Assembly (NCBI GenBank): GCA_004212155.1
Contig: RXIG01000004.1
Coordinates: forward strand, 19,855-83,854
Direction: 5' to 3'
DNA length: 64,000 nt
DNA from: an archaeon
GTDB taxonomy: Archaea > Methanobacteriota_B > Thermococci > Methanofastidiosales > NM3
The stretch's first letter is position 1; every line of letters starts with the position of its first letter. Shown here piece by piece: positions 48,620 through 58,563 of this stretch. The notes under the pieces were generated by a model. That model saw only the letters and a list, made by a program, of their open reading frames with translations, was not told the origin of the DNA and made no database searches. Made by a program: the position numbers and the translations under genes.

Positions 48620-49933
48620 ATGCCCAACTCCCGCTCCGACAGGGACCTCTCCCACATGCTCGAACGATTGGATTTTGACGACCCGTTTCATGTCGTGCAT
48701 CCCTCGCATCGGCGTGCATGCACTGGCCTGGGACGTCCGCTCACCGAATTCGAGACGAGACGTCGAGTCGAGTCGCTTCTTTCAAGGAATCGTCGAATAT
48801 GCTCGTTCAAGGGGGGCGGCGTCTATGACCATTATGTTCCTGCCCACGTCGCCGAGATCGCTGGGCGAAACGAGTTCTACACCTCCTACACCCCGTATCA
48901 ACCAGAGGTCTCCCAAGGGCTTCTCCAGACACTCTTCGAGTACCAGAGCATGATGGCCGAGATCGTTGGCATGCCCGTTGTGAACGCCTCGATGTATGAC
49001 TGGTCCACCGCCTTAGGCGAGTCGGCGCTGATGTGCAATCGCGTCACAGGTCGCACGGACATGCTTGTGCCAGCATCGTTATCCCCTCAGAGGCGCGAAG
49101 TGCTTTCCACATACGCATCGAGTGCACGTATCAACGTTCGCTACGTGCCTGTTGACGATGCTACAGGACAGATAAGGGCCGAGTCGGTAGCTGAGCTCAT
49201 ATCCGACGATACGGCTGGCGTTTATCTTGAGAACCCGAATTATTATGGCATCTTCGAGGGGGAAGCACCCGATATCGTGGAGCTTGCGCACAAGCACGGG
49301 GCACGTGCCGTCGTGGGAGTGGATCCCCTTGCGTGCGGCGTCATCAAACCCCCTGGCGCATATGGTGCCGATATCGTGGTCGGCGAGGCGGCGCATCTGG
49401 GCAATCCTGTTAACTTCGGAGGTCCGCTTCTTGGCGTATTTGCCGTAAAGGATGATCGCGCGCTGCTACGCACCACACCAGGGCGGCTTATTGGCCTTAC
49501 CGAGGACGCCGATGGCGTGCCTGGATACGTCATGACGCTCCAGACGCGCGAACAGCACATCCGCAGGCAACGGGCGACCTCGAACATATGCACTAACGAG
49601 GCGCTTTGCGCCGTCGCGTGTGCCGCTTACCTGGCATCGTTGGGCAAGCGCGGCTTCGTTGAGCTTGCACGTGTGCTCATGGCCAATGCCGCGTATGCGG
49701 CAACGGCCATCGATGCTGTTGACGGATTCGATGCACCGGTCCATGACGGCATCCATTTCAGGGAGTTTGTCGTGCGTTCCCGGATACCGTGGAACGAGGT
49801 GGAATCATGCCTCAATGAGAATGGTATCACAGGGGGCATCCCCGTTGATGATGACCGCTCGCTCTTCTGCATCACTGACAAGCATACCAGAGATGACATA
49901 GACAGGCTTTGTTCCGTCCTGGGGGGGATTTGA
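48620..49933 (+). CDS. gcvPA: Glycine dehydrogenase subunit 1
   Basis: EFYTSYTPYQPEVSQG, NASMYD, LQTREQHIRR..ATSNICTN. Confidence 0.95.
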   Translation: MPNSRSDRDLSHMLERLDFDDPFHVVHPSHRRACTGLGRPLTEFETRRRVESLLSRNRRICSFKGGGVYDHYVPAHVAEIAGRNEFYTSYTPYQPEVSQGLLQTLFEYQSMMAEIVGMPVVNASMYDWSTALGESALMCNRVTGRTDMLVPASLSPQRREVLSTYASSARINVRYVPVDDATGQIRAESVAELISDDTAGVYLENPNYYGIFEGEAPDIVELAHKHGARAVVGVDPLACGVIKPPGAYGADIVVGEAAHLGNPVNFGGPLLGVFAVKDDRALLRTTPGRLIGLTEDADGVPGYVMTLQTREQHIRRQRATSNICTNEALCAVACAAYLASLGKRGFVELARVLMANAAYAATAIDAVDGFDAPVHDGIHFREFVVRSRIPWNEVESCLNENGITGGIPVDDDRSLFCITDKHTRDDIDRLCSVLGGI

Positions 49934-51402
49934 TGTTCCATCAGGCGCGCCATGATGAAAGGACAGTGTTCGAGCTTTCAAGCCCCGGACGGAGGGGGCT
50001 GAAGGTGCCTGCCGCGTGGGGGAAATGCCCTGATGTGCCTGAGAATCTTCGCCGTGACGACCCTCCTGAGCTTCCCGAGATGTCGGTGCGCGAGGTGGTG
50101 CGCCACTACGTGGTGCTCTCCCAGATGAACTATGGCGTCGACTCGGGCATCTATCCTCTCGGTTCATGCACCATGAAGTTCAATCCCAAGCTCGGCGAGG
50201 CGATGGCGGCATCAGACCACGTCATGTCACACCACCCTCATGAGGCGCCCACGTTCGTCCAGGGCAATCTTGCGATCATGCATGAGCTAGCAGCAATGTT
50301 GGCGTGTATATCCGGCACAGACGTTGTCACCCTTCAGCCTGCCGCGGGCGCACATGCGGAGTTCCTTGGCGCCAAGATCATCGATGCATTCCACCGTGGC
50401 AATGGCGATGAGCGCGATGAGATGCTCGTGCCCGATACGGCCCACGGCACGAACCCCGCCAGCTCGGCTATGGCAGGCTTCAAGGTCGTAGAGATCCCCT
50501 CAGGCCCAGACGGTCAGGTCGATATTGATGCGCTCAGGGCAGCAGTGGGTTCCCGTACGGCGGGGCTCATGCTCACGAACCCCAATACGCTTGGCATCTA
50601 CGAGGAACGTATCGGTGCGATCGCGGGCATCGTACACGATGCGGGTGGGCTGCTCTACTACGATGGAGCGAATCTCAATGCGCTCATAGGCCAGGCGACT
50701 CCGGGTGACATGGGATTTGACATCGTTCACTTCAATCTTCACAAGACGTTTTCCACACCCCATGGCGGAGGCGGGCCTGGCGCAGGGGCTATAGGGGTCA
50801 AATCGTTTCTCAAAGAGTACCTTCCCGCCCCCCTTGTTGTACAAAGCGGGGATGAATATGCACTATCCTACGATATCCCAAAAAGTGTGGGAAGAGTGCG
50901 CCAGCACCATGGCAACTTTGCCGTGATGGTGCGCGCCTATGCCTACCTCCTCTCCCTCGGTTCAGAGATCGGCGACGTGTCGTACCGCGCCGTGGTCAAC
51001 TCCAACTACCTCATGACGCTGCTCAAGGATGAGTTCGAGGTGCCGTTCATAACCAAGACGCCGCATCGCATGCACGAGTTTGTCGTATCGTGTGAGAAGA
51101 TACGTGGCGACACAGGGGTCACAGCCCTAGACATCGCCCGGCGATTGCTCGATTACGGTGTACATGCCCCTACGGTCTATTTCCCCCAGGTTGTGAAGGA
51201 GGCGCTCATGATCGAACCAACGGAGACCGAGGAGCCGGAGATGCTCGAGGCGTTCGCAGACATCCTCATCAGGGTAAAGCAGGAGTGCTACGACGACCCC
51301 GACATGGTCAAGGGCGCACCCTACAACACGGCACGCCGTAAGCTCGACCTCTACAAGGCGACGAAGACGCCGGTGATCAGCTGGATGATGCGGGAACGCT
51401 AA
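49933..51402 (+). CDS. gcvPB: Glycine dehydrogenase subunit 2
   Basis: YPLGSCTMK, AHGTNPAS, NLHKTFSTPHGGGGPG, MIEPTETE. Confidence 0.96.
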   Translation: MFHQARHDERTVFELSSPGRRGLKVPAAWGKCPDVPENLRRDDPPELPEMSVREVVRHYVVLSQMNYGVDSGIYPLGSCTMKFNPKLGEAMAASDHVMSHHPHEAPTFVQGNLAIMHELAAMLACISGTDVVTLQPAAGAHAEFLGAKIIDAFHRGNGDERDEMLVPDTAHGTNPASSAMAGFKVVEIPSGPDGQVDIDALRAAVGSRTAGLMLTNPNTLGIYEERIGAIAGIVHDAGGLLYYDGANLNALIGQATPGDMGFDIVHFNLHKTFSTPHGGGGPGAGAIGVKSFLKEYLPAPLVVQSGDEYALSYDIPKSVGRVRQHHGNFAVMVRAYAYLLSLGSEIGDVSYRAVVNSNYLMTLLKDEFEVPFITKTPHRMHEFVVSCEKIRGDTGVTALDIARRLLDYGVHAPTVYFPQVVKEALMIEPTETEEPEMLEAFADILIRVKQECYDDPDMVKGAPYNTARRKLDLYKATKTPVISWMMRER

Positions 51403-52958
51403 CGCCTTAGGTTGTGTTCCCTGCACGCACGCACGAATCCAACGAACGGGGGCGAGGGCATCTCGACGCGTGACTTGAACTCAGGGTGGAACTGCGTTGC
51501 CATGAAAAAAGGATGTGATGGTATCTCGAGGATCTCCATGCGCCCGTCAGGGGACATGCCCGAAAAGATGGCTCCGCACGATTCTAACCGTTCTATGAAC
51601 TCATGATTGACCTCGAGCCTATGGCGGTGGCGTTCCTCGATGTCCTCGGCCCCATAGAGCTCGAACGCTTTTGTCCCCTTCTTCAGGTGGACCGGCGATG
51701 CCCCAAGGCGCATGGTCGCACCCATCTTCTCAAGATGCAGCTGCGATTCAAGGAAGCATATCACCTCGGTCCCCCTCTTCTCGAACTCAGTGGACACGGC
51801 ATCGTCGATGCCGCATGCCCTGGAGAACTCGATGACGGCCAGCTGGAATCCGTAGCAGAGTCCCAGATATGGCACGCCGTGCTCCCTGGCATAACGGATG
51901 GCCATGATCTTTCCCTCGGCGCCGCGCGGGCCGAAGCCGCCCGGTACGAGGATGCCGTCATATGGCGTGAGGTCAGACCTTGAGAATGTCTCTGCCCCAA
52001 GCCAGTGTATCCGTACCTCGGTGTTGGTCCAGTAGCCCGCATGCTTGAGCGCCTCGACCACCGAGACGTACGAATCATGGAGTTTTGTATACTTTCCGAC
52101 CAGAGCGATGTCGACAGTGCTCGTGGCAGGATTACAGATCGTCTTTTTCCATGATCCAAGGTCGGGGACGCTGTCGAGCCCGAATCTCGTTGCGATGTGT
52201 TGCCCCACGTTTTGCTTGTTGAGGTGCAGAGGAAGGGAATAGATGTCGTCGACATCCCTGTTCTCGATGACCGCATCCTCCTTGACGTTGCAAAACAGGG
52301 CAAGCTTTGTCCTGACCTCCGGCTGGAGTTGGGTGGTGGTGCGGCATACGAGCATGTCTGGCTTGATCCCTGCGGCCATGAGCTCCCGCACCGAGTGCTG
52401 TGCCGGCTTGGTCTTTTGCTCTCCGACGACGGAGAGCTGCAACACCGGGACGACGTGGACGAACATGACGTCCTCCTCGTTGGCAAGCTGTCTTGCTGCC
52501 TCGAGAAATGGCATGCTCTCGATGTCGCCCACCGTTCCGCCGACTTCTATAATGACAAAGTCCTGTCCTCCCGTGGAAGTGCGAATCATCTCCTTGATCT
52601 CGTTGGTGACGTGTGGGATGATCTGGACCGTCTTACCGAGGTAGTCGCCCCGACGTTCCTTATTGATCACCGACTCGTAGACCTTGCCCGTTGTGATGTT
52701 GTGCGATCGCGATAGCGATACGCTGAGAAAACGTTCGTAATTGCCCAGATCGAGGTCGACCTCCCCCCCGTCGTCGAGCACGAAGACCTCGCCATGCTCG
52801 ATGGGGCTCATCGTACCAGCGTCAATGTTGACATAGGGGTCGATCTTGACAGGATTGACAGAATAGCCCATCGACTGAAGGATCTTGGCGATGGAAGCGG
52901 TGGTGAGGCCCTTTCCGAGGCCTGACAACACACCACCTGTCACTATTATATAGCGCAT
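51399..52958 (-). CDS. pyrG: CTP synthase
   Basis: GGVLSGLGKG, KIDPY, KTKP.QHSV, PGGFG, LGLCYG, ERHRHR, QFHPE. Confidence 0.98.
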   Translation of the reverse strand: MRYIIVTGGVLSGLGKGLTTASIAKILQSMGYSVNPVKIDPYVNIDAGTMSPIEHGEVFVLDDGGEVDLDLGNYERFLSVSLSRSHNITTGKVYESVINKERRGDYLGKTVQIIPHVTNEIKEMIRTSTGGQDFVIIEVGGTVGDIESMPFLEAARQLANEEDVMFVHVVPVLQLSVVGEQKTKPAQHSVRELMAAGIKPDMLVCRTTTQLQPEVRTKLALFCNVKEDAVIENRDVDDIYSLPLHLNKQNVGQHIATRFGLDSVPDLGSWKKTICNPATSTVDIALVGKYTKLHDSYVSVVEALKHAGYWTNTEVRIHWLGAETFSRSDLTPYDGILVPGGFGPRGAEGKIMAIRYAREHGVPYLGLCYGFQLAVIEFSRACGIDDAVSTEFEKRGTEVICFLESQLHLEKMGATMRLGASPVHLKKGTKAFELYGAEDIEERHRHRLEVNHEFIERLESCGAIFSGMSPDGRMEILEIPSHPFFMATQFHPEFKSRVEMPSPPFVGFVRACREHNLRR

Positions 52959-53019
52959 GACACACTATATAATAGGTACTTTTTAAAAATTGCTAAACAA
53001 AAAAATGTATAAAGAGGAA

Positions 53020-53787
53020 TTATTCTTCCTCTTCTTCTCCCTCTTCCCCTTCTTCCTCGTCGTCTTCCGGAAGCTGCTTGATGAATGACTCGACCTCCTC
53101 GGGCGTCAGCCTGTTGAACTGGCCCCCTTCGGTAGTGATGACGACAACCTCGATGTTTGAGCTCGTCATCTCCGAGTCCATCGACTTTCGAAGCACGTTG
53201 AGTGAAAGAAGTATGGTCTCTTCCATCGACTTTGTAGGCTCATACTCCCTCTCGAAGAGGTCCATGGCCTGCGGCTTGCCTGAGCCGATGGCAGTTGCCT
53301 TCCATTCGAGGAATGCTCCTGATGGTTCGGTGACAAAGATCTGTGCGCCTTCCGAGTCCACGCCGGCTACGATGAGTGAGACACCAAACGGTCTGAGGCC
53401 ACCATACTGGGTGTGCATCTGCTTGAGGTCGCCTATGCTCTTTGTCAGCGCCATGACCGATATCTCTTCATCATAGGTCAGCTTGTGGACCTGTGCTTGC
53501 ACCCTGGCCCTGTCGACGAGGACGCGGGCATCGGCAATGATGCCGGATGACGCGGTGGCCATATGGTCGTCGATCTGGAAGATCTTCTCGAACGACTCCG
53601 ACTCGACAAGGTTTGATGGAAGGCTCTTGTCAACCGCGAGGACGATACCGTCCTTGCACTTGACACCCAGCGCTGTCGATCCCTTCTTTACGGCCTCTGC
53701 TGCATAGCTCACCTGGTAGAGGCTACCATCCGGTGAGAAGACGGTGATTGCGTGGTCGTATCCGCCGCCACGTGGTCCAAATACCAT
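53020..53787 (-). CDS. psmA: 20S proteasome alpha subunit (divergent N-terminal gate)
   Basis: [34 protein letters not shown]; acidic C-terminal tail. Confidence 0.95.
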   Translation of the reverse strand: [255 protein letters not shown]

Positions 53788-54414
53788 TTACGCTCCCCCC
53801 TTGATCGATGCGATGACCGCATCCACTTCCTCATCAGAGTAGTCCTCATAGCCATCCTTCGTGATGACGCTCAGCGAGATACCGTCCCCGGTCGTCATGT
53901 TGCGAGATATGGCGGCCTGAAGGCTGCGCGTGGCCAGCTGCACTGCGTCGTCTTTTGACATGTCCTCTTTGTACCTGTCATCAAGCACCCCATATGCGGC
54001 CTCCATGCCAGCACCGGTTGCGACCATCTTGTCCTCGGATACGCCACCGATAGGGTCGATAGAGTAGACGTGTCCTTCCTTGTCGACGCCTGCGAGGACG
54101 AGCCATGCCATTATCGGGTAATATCGCTGTCCCTGGAGCACGGCCGAAGTGAGCTTTGCAAGTGCACCGGGGCTCATTTTCTTACTGTTCTTTATCTCAT
54201 ACAGCTTGGCCTCGGCGCGAAGCAATCCGACAAGGGATTGAATGTCTCCAACACTCCCTGCAGTGGTTACGCCTATGAAGTCGGTAATTTTCAACACTTT
54301 CTTCGCATTCTTATGAGCGATCATATATCCGAGTGAAACACGTTTGTCTGCGGCCAGCACTACGCCGTCCTTGAAGACCAACGCTACTGTCGTCGTACCT
54401 TTCTTGTTTTCCAT
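53788..54414 (-). CDS. psmB: 20S proteasome beta subunit (active-site network substitutions)
   Basis: Short propeptide MENKKG then TTTV, Asp17, Lys33, AGS.GD present; ATGAG and RNMTTG replace ATGSG and RDxxSG. Confidence 0.93.
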   Translation of the reverse strand: MENKKGTTTVALVFKDGVVLAADKRVSLGYMIAHKNAKKVLKITDFIGVTTAGSVGDIQSLVGLLRAEAKLYEIKNSKKMSPGALAKLTSAVLQGQRYYPIMAWLVLAGVDKEGHVYSIDPIGGVSEDKMVATGAGMEAAYGVLDDRYKEDMSKDDAVQLATRSLQAAISRNMTTGDGISLSVITKDGYEDYSDEEVDAVIASIKGGA

Positions 54415-54502
54415 GTTCGTTCCTCCAAATAAAAAAAGAAAAGAGAGTTATTAAATGTTTGTACCTGGGTATGTGGCGTCTTCAAATCGATTGATTCGGG
54501 AC

Positions 54503-56185
54503 TTACATGCCCATGCCGGGCATACCGCCGCCACCCATGTCTGGCATACCGCCGCCACCCATCGCAGCACCCTTTCCGAGGTCTGATGCTGCAATGACAT
54601 CATCGATCCTGAGGATCATGATGGCTGCTTCGGATGCCGACTTGACTGCCTGCTCCTTGATCCTGAGCGGTTCGAGAATACCCTCTTCGAACATATCGAC
54701 GGGTTTTCCCTCGAACACGTCGAGACCGATGTTGGTACCATCCGACTCATGTCTGGATCGGAGATTCACAAGCAGGTCTATTGGATCAAGTCCTGCGTTC
54801 TCGGCAAGTGTACGCGGTATGATCTCGAGCGAGTCGGCAAACGCCTTGATGGCAAGCTGCTCCCTTCCGGAGTAGCGGTCTGCGACCTCGCCAAGACGCC
54901 GGGCAATCTCCATATCGATGGCACCGCCGCCTGCGACGACCGTTCCGTCTTCGATGACCGACGCGACCACGCCGATGGCGTCGTCAAGCGCACGCTCGAC
55001 ACTATCGATGAAGTGCTCGGTACCGCCGCGGAGCAGGAGGCTTACCGACTTCGGGTCCTCACAGTCCTCGACGAAGATCATCTCGTCGCCGGCAATCCTT
55101 CGTTCCTCGACAATTCCTGCCTTACCGAGGTCGGATTCGCTGAGATCCTCGATCTTCGTAGCGACACGTGCGTTGGTCGCTCGTGCAAGTGCCTTCATGT
55201 CTGACTTCTTGACGCGGCGCACCGCGAGGATGCCCTCCTTTGCGAGGTAGTGCTGCGCAAGGTCGTCGATGCCCTTCTGGCAGAACACGACGTTCGCACC
55301 GACCGATTTGATCTTCTCGACCATCCTCTGGAGCATGGTCTCTTCCTGTTCGATGAACTTCTGCAACATGTCGGGGTCAGAGATGCGGATCTCAGCATCG
55401 GTCTCGGTCTCCTTGACCTCCATGGCCGTGGCGACGAGGGCGATACGTGCGTCCTTTACCCTTTCTGGCATGCCGGAGTGCACACGTTCCTTGTCAACGA
55501 TAATGCCGTTGATGAGTGTCGAGTCTTCGACGCTTCCGCCGATCTTCTTCTCGATCTTGATGTTGTCGAGATCGACTTCCCAGTTGCCGTTCACTTTCTC
55601 GACAACCTGCTTGACGGCCGCGACGGCGAGCTTGCCGAGCGTGTCTTGCGCCTTCTCGGCGCCCTTGCCCGTCATGGCGGTGTTTGCGACCTTGGTGAGC
55701 ATCTGCTCATCGTCCAAGTCGATATTGGTCGCGATATTTTCCATAATGTTTTGTGCCTCTTCGGCCGCAATCTTGTAACCTGAAGCAATGACTGTGGAGT
55801 GAACGTTTTGTTCAAGCAGTTCCTCTGCCTTCTTGAGCAGCTCGCCAGCTATGACCACTGCGGTCGTCGTACCATCGCCGACCTCGTCATCCTGGGTCTT
55901 GGCCACTTCAACGATCATCTTCGCCGCTGGGTGGGCGATATCCATTTCTTTAAGAATAGTTGCACCATCATTCGTTATAACAACGTCGCCCATGGAATCC
56001 ACGAGCATCTTGTCCATTCCGCGTGGACCAAGTGTTGTCTTGATGGTTTCGGCCACGATTCGACCCGCAAGGATGTTCATCCTCTGCGCGTCTCTTCCCA
56101 TAAACCGCTGTCCACCTTCTTCGGTGACATTCATTGGTTGTTTCATTTGACTCATTTGACCTTCACCTTGACTTCCTTGGTTCAT
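54503..56185 (-). CDS. Thermosome (group II chaperonin) subunit
   Basis: [27 protein letters not shown]-terminal GGM repeats. Confidence 0.98.
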   Translation of the reverse strand: MNQGSQGEGQMSQMKQPMNVTEEGGQRFMGRDAQRMNILAGRIVAETIKTTLGPRGMDKMLVDSMGDVVITNDGATILKEMDIAHPAAKMIVEVAKTQDDEVGDGTTTAVVIAGELLKKAEELLEQNVHSTVIASGYKIAAEEAQNIMENIATNIDLDDEQMLTKVANTAMTGKGAEKAQDTLGKLAVAAVKQVVEKVNGNWEVDLDNIKIEKKIGGSVEDSTLINGIIVDKERVHSGMPERVKDARIALVATAMEVKETETDAEIRISDPDMLQKFIEQEETMLQRMVEKIKSVGANVVFCQKGIDDLAQHYLAKEGILAVRRVKKSDMKALARATNARVATKIEDLSESDLGKAGIVEERRIAGDEMIFVEDCEDPKSVSLLLRGGTEHFIDSVERALDDAIGVVASVIEDGTVVAGGGAIDMEIARRLGEVADRYSGREQLAIKAFADSLEIIPRTLAENAGLDPIDLLVNLRSRHESDGTNIGLDVFEGKPVDMFEEGILEPLRIKEQAVKSASEAAIMILRIDDVIAASDLGKGAAMGGGGMPDMGGGGMPGMGM

Positions 56186-56278
56186 ATTGTATCGTCCTCC
56201 TTTCGGAGTACACTAAAAGACGGATTACTATTGATATAAAAAGATTTTGGTTTTACAAAGAAGTAAACATACTGAAAG

Positions 56279-57244
56279 TTAATCTAACTTTTCTTTACGT
56301 TCCTTCACGTATTCGAGAATGGTGTCGTAATCCGAGATATTGTTCATCTCAGTGCGCAGCACGATGGGAACGCCCTTGATGATCCTCTGTGTCGTCTTTG
56401 CATCGAGTATGAAGAATGCATCCTTGTTAAGCAGTTCCGATATCTCGCGCACGACCATGATACGCTTTTTCACGCTGCGAAGGTCCATGTCGCTTATGCC
56501 CGTTAGCATGAAGAACGTGTCCTCGTTTTCATCCTCCTTGACGACGGCGTCAAAAGGGGTGCGGTCCATGGGATGGGCCTCGACACCGATTGTTTCAAAG
56601 AGTGCGTAGACATCACGCTCAAACGATGTCTTTGGGCGACGATCCACCGGTTCCTTGAATATCTCCAGGCGCTTCTGGAGGTCGCACGGTTTAATGAGTG
56701 GCATGTCGACGAGGTCCTCTATCTTGATGGCCGTGTTGAGCTCTATGCCGCGCTCCGAGTGTTCGTAGTCATAGAGTGTGCTGCGCGATATGCCGATCTC
56801 CTTTGCGAAGTCGGAGAGGGAAAATCCCATCTGCTCGCGGATACGCTTGAGAAGCTCGCCTTCGATACGCACGTAGAGTCCGCCCCTGTCTGCATAGACG
56901 AGGGGAGGCACGTCCTCGACGACTGTCTGCTCAAGCGTCTCTATCGACACGACCGGTATGTCATCCCTGCTGTGCACGACACCGACATGGAGCATCTCGT
57001 GCTTGGTGCGCATGCTCACGATGATGGGGTGAGCCTTGAAATAGTAGCAGAGTTGCTTGAGCGCATCGATATATTCGTGCGAGAGCGAGTCGACATTGGG
57101 TATGGTCTTCACTAGGAACGTGCACATCTTGCCTCTTGCTATGATGTCATAGCATGAACGCAAAGAGCACACGGACGTCTCGAATCCTGCCTTCCTGAAG
57201 ACCTTTTCAGTGGCAGAGATAAGCGTTTCCCTCTCGCCCTCCAT
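56279..57244 (-). CDS. Archaeal HTH transcriptional regulator (COG1395-like)
   Basis: Central cro-type HTH (LSDFAKEIGISRSTLYDYE), P.VYADRGG.YV, RTPFDA; divergent from tiaS, the usual synteny. Confidence 0.85.
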   Translation of the reverse strand: MEGERETLISATEKVFRKAGFETSVCSLRSCYDIIARGKMCTFLVKTIPNVDSLSHEYIDALKQLCYYFKAHPIIVSMRTKHEMLHVGVVHSRDDIPVVSIETLEQTVVEDVPPLVYADRGGLYVRIEGELLKRIREQMGFSLSDFAKEIGISRSTLYDYEHSERGIELNTAIKIEDLVDMPLIKPCDLQKRLEIFKEPVDRRPKTSFERDVYALFETIGVEAHPMDRTPFDAVVKEDENEDTFFMLTGISDMDLRSVKKRIMVVREISELLNKDAFFILDAKTTQRIIKGVPIVLRTEMNNISDYDTILEYVKERKEKLD

Positions 57245-57282
57245 GCGTAATTATAAATAACGACCGCATTAAAAACGTTTCC

Positions 57283-58521
57283 ATGCACGTGGGAATCGAC
57301 GATACCGACTCTCGGACCGGGATGTGCACCACCTATCTGTGCAAACTCATCATTGATGCCCTGGCAACGAGGGGCACGGTCAGGGGGCTCCCCCGGCTGA
57401 TTCGCCTCAATCCGAACATCCCATACAAGACGAGGGGTAACGGCGCGCTGTCGTTTTCGTTTGAAGGGCCCAGGGACGCCGCCATTTCCATCATCTCTTC
57501 GTTCCTTGATGCATATTACGAGCATGATGAGAACACCAATCCTGGCGTCGTTGTGGTAAGCGATGAGAACGTATCCGATCTTGGCGGCCACTATCTTCGT
57601 GCGCTTCACAACGTCGTCACGATCGAAGAGGCCAATGAGGTGGCAGACTCGGTCGATGCTTATGTGATGACGCGGGGCAATGGACGGGGCCTGATAGGCG
57701 CGCTAGCCGCCGTGGGCGCAAGCGTGCCGTCACCGACCTACGAGCTCATCGCCTACCGCCGCCCTTCAGCCATGGGTTCACAACGCTATGTGGACGCCGA
57801 GAGCGTTAGGGACGTCGAGATGCGCTATAGCCCCACGATCTTTGACTCATACGATTGGAAGAACAAGTATGTGGCGATCGCGCCCAACTCGCCGTGTCCC
57901 GTGCTCTATGGCATTCGCGGCACCGACCCACACGTCCTATACGAGGCAGCACGCGCAATACGGAGCGAACCAGTCGAGAAGCTTCAGCTCTTCCTTACCA
58001 ATCAGGCGACTGATGCGCACATCGTCGACAAGCGCATTTGCGAAGCCGGGCCTTACGAATCGGTGCATGTCCCATGTGCCGTGAGCGAGCGCCCCCACTT
58101 CGAGCACAAAGGGCACCTGTTTTTCAAGGTCGAGGATGGCTCGGGGTCGCTCATATGTGCCGCATACGAGCCAACCAAGGAGTTTAGGAACGTGATGGCA
58201 CGGCTCGTACCCGGTGACCGCATCGAGGTGTGGGGCGGCGTTAAGGACACGGACTACGGCCGCACCATCAACCTTGAGAAGGTGCGCGTCGTGGAACTTG
58301 CCAATATAGTTAAAAACGAGGTGCCGGCGTGCTGTGGGACGAGGATGCGGTCAGTGGGTGCAAACAAGGGATATCGCTGCAAGAAGTGCGGCCGCCGCAT
58401 CACCCACGAGGATGTCTCGACACGGTCCATACCACGAGATATCGATACAGGGTATTACGAGGTGCCCGTCATAGCGCGACGCCACCTCGCACGCCCGCTC
58501 GTACTCGGGATCACCTTGTGA
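57283..58521 (+). CDS. tiaS: tRNA(Ile2) 2-agmatinylcytidine synthetase
   Basis: GIDDTDS..GMCTTY, LIRLNPNIPYKTRGNG, TNQATDAH, AAYEPTK, C-terminal Zn ribbon, ARRHLARP. Confidence 0.97.
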   Translation: MHVGIDDTDSRTGMCTTYLCKLIIDALATRGTVRGLPRLIRLNPNIPYKTRGNGALSFSFEGPRDAAISIISSFLDAYYEHDENTNPGVVVVSDENVSDLGGHYLRALHNVVTIEEANEVADSVDAYVMTRGNGRGLIGALAAVGASVPSPTYELIAYRRPSAMGSQRYVDAESVRDVEMRYSPTIFDSYDWKNKYVAIAPNSPCPVLYGIRGTDPHVLYEAARAIRSEPVEKLQLFLTNQATDAHIVDKRICEAGPYESVHVPCAVSERPHFEHKGHLFFKVEDGSGSLICAAYEPTKEFRNVMARLVPGDRIEVWGGVKDTDYGRTINLEKVRVVELANIVKNEVPACCGTRMRSVGANKGYRCKKCGRRITHEDVSTRSIPRDIDTGYYEVPVIARRHLARPLVLGITL

Positions 58522-58563
58522 GCATTCACGAGCATTTATAAAGATACCAGACAATCGTTGGCC

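Noticed and set aside
54519-54562. Direct repeat GGCATACCGCCGCCACCCAT x2
   Set aside because: Encodes the normal Gly-Gly-Met tail of the thermosome; not a CRISPR or mobile repeat.
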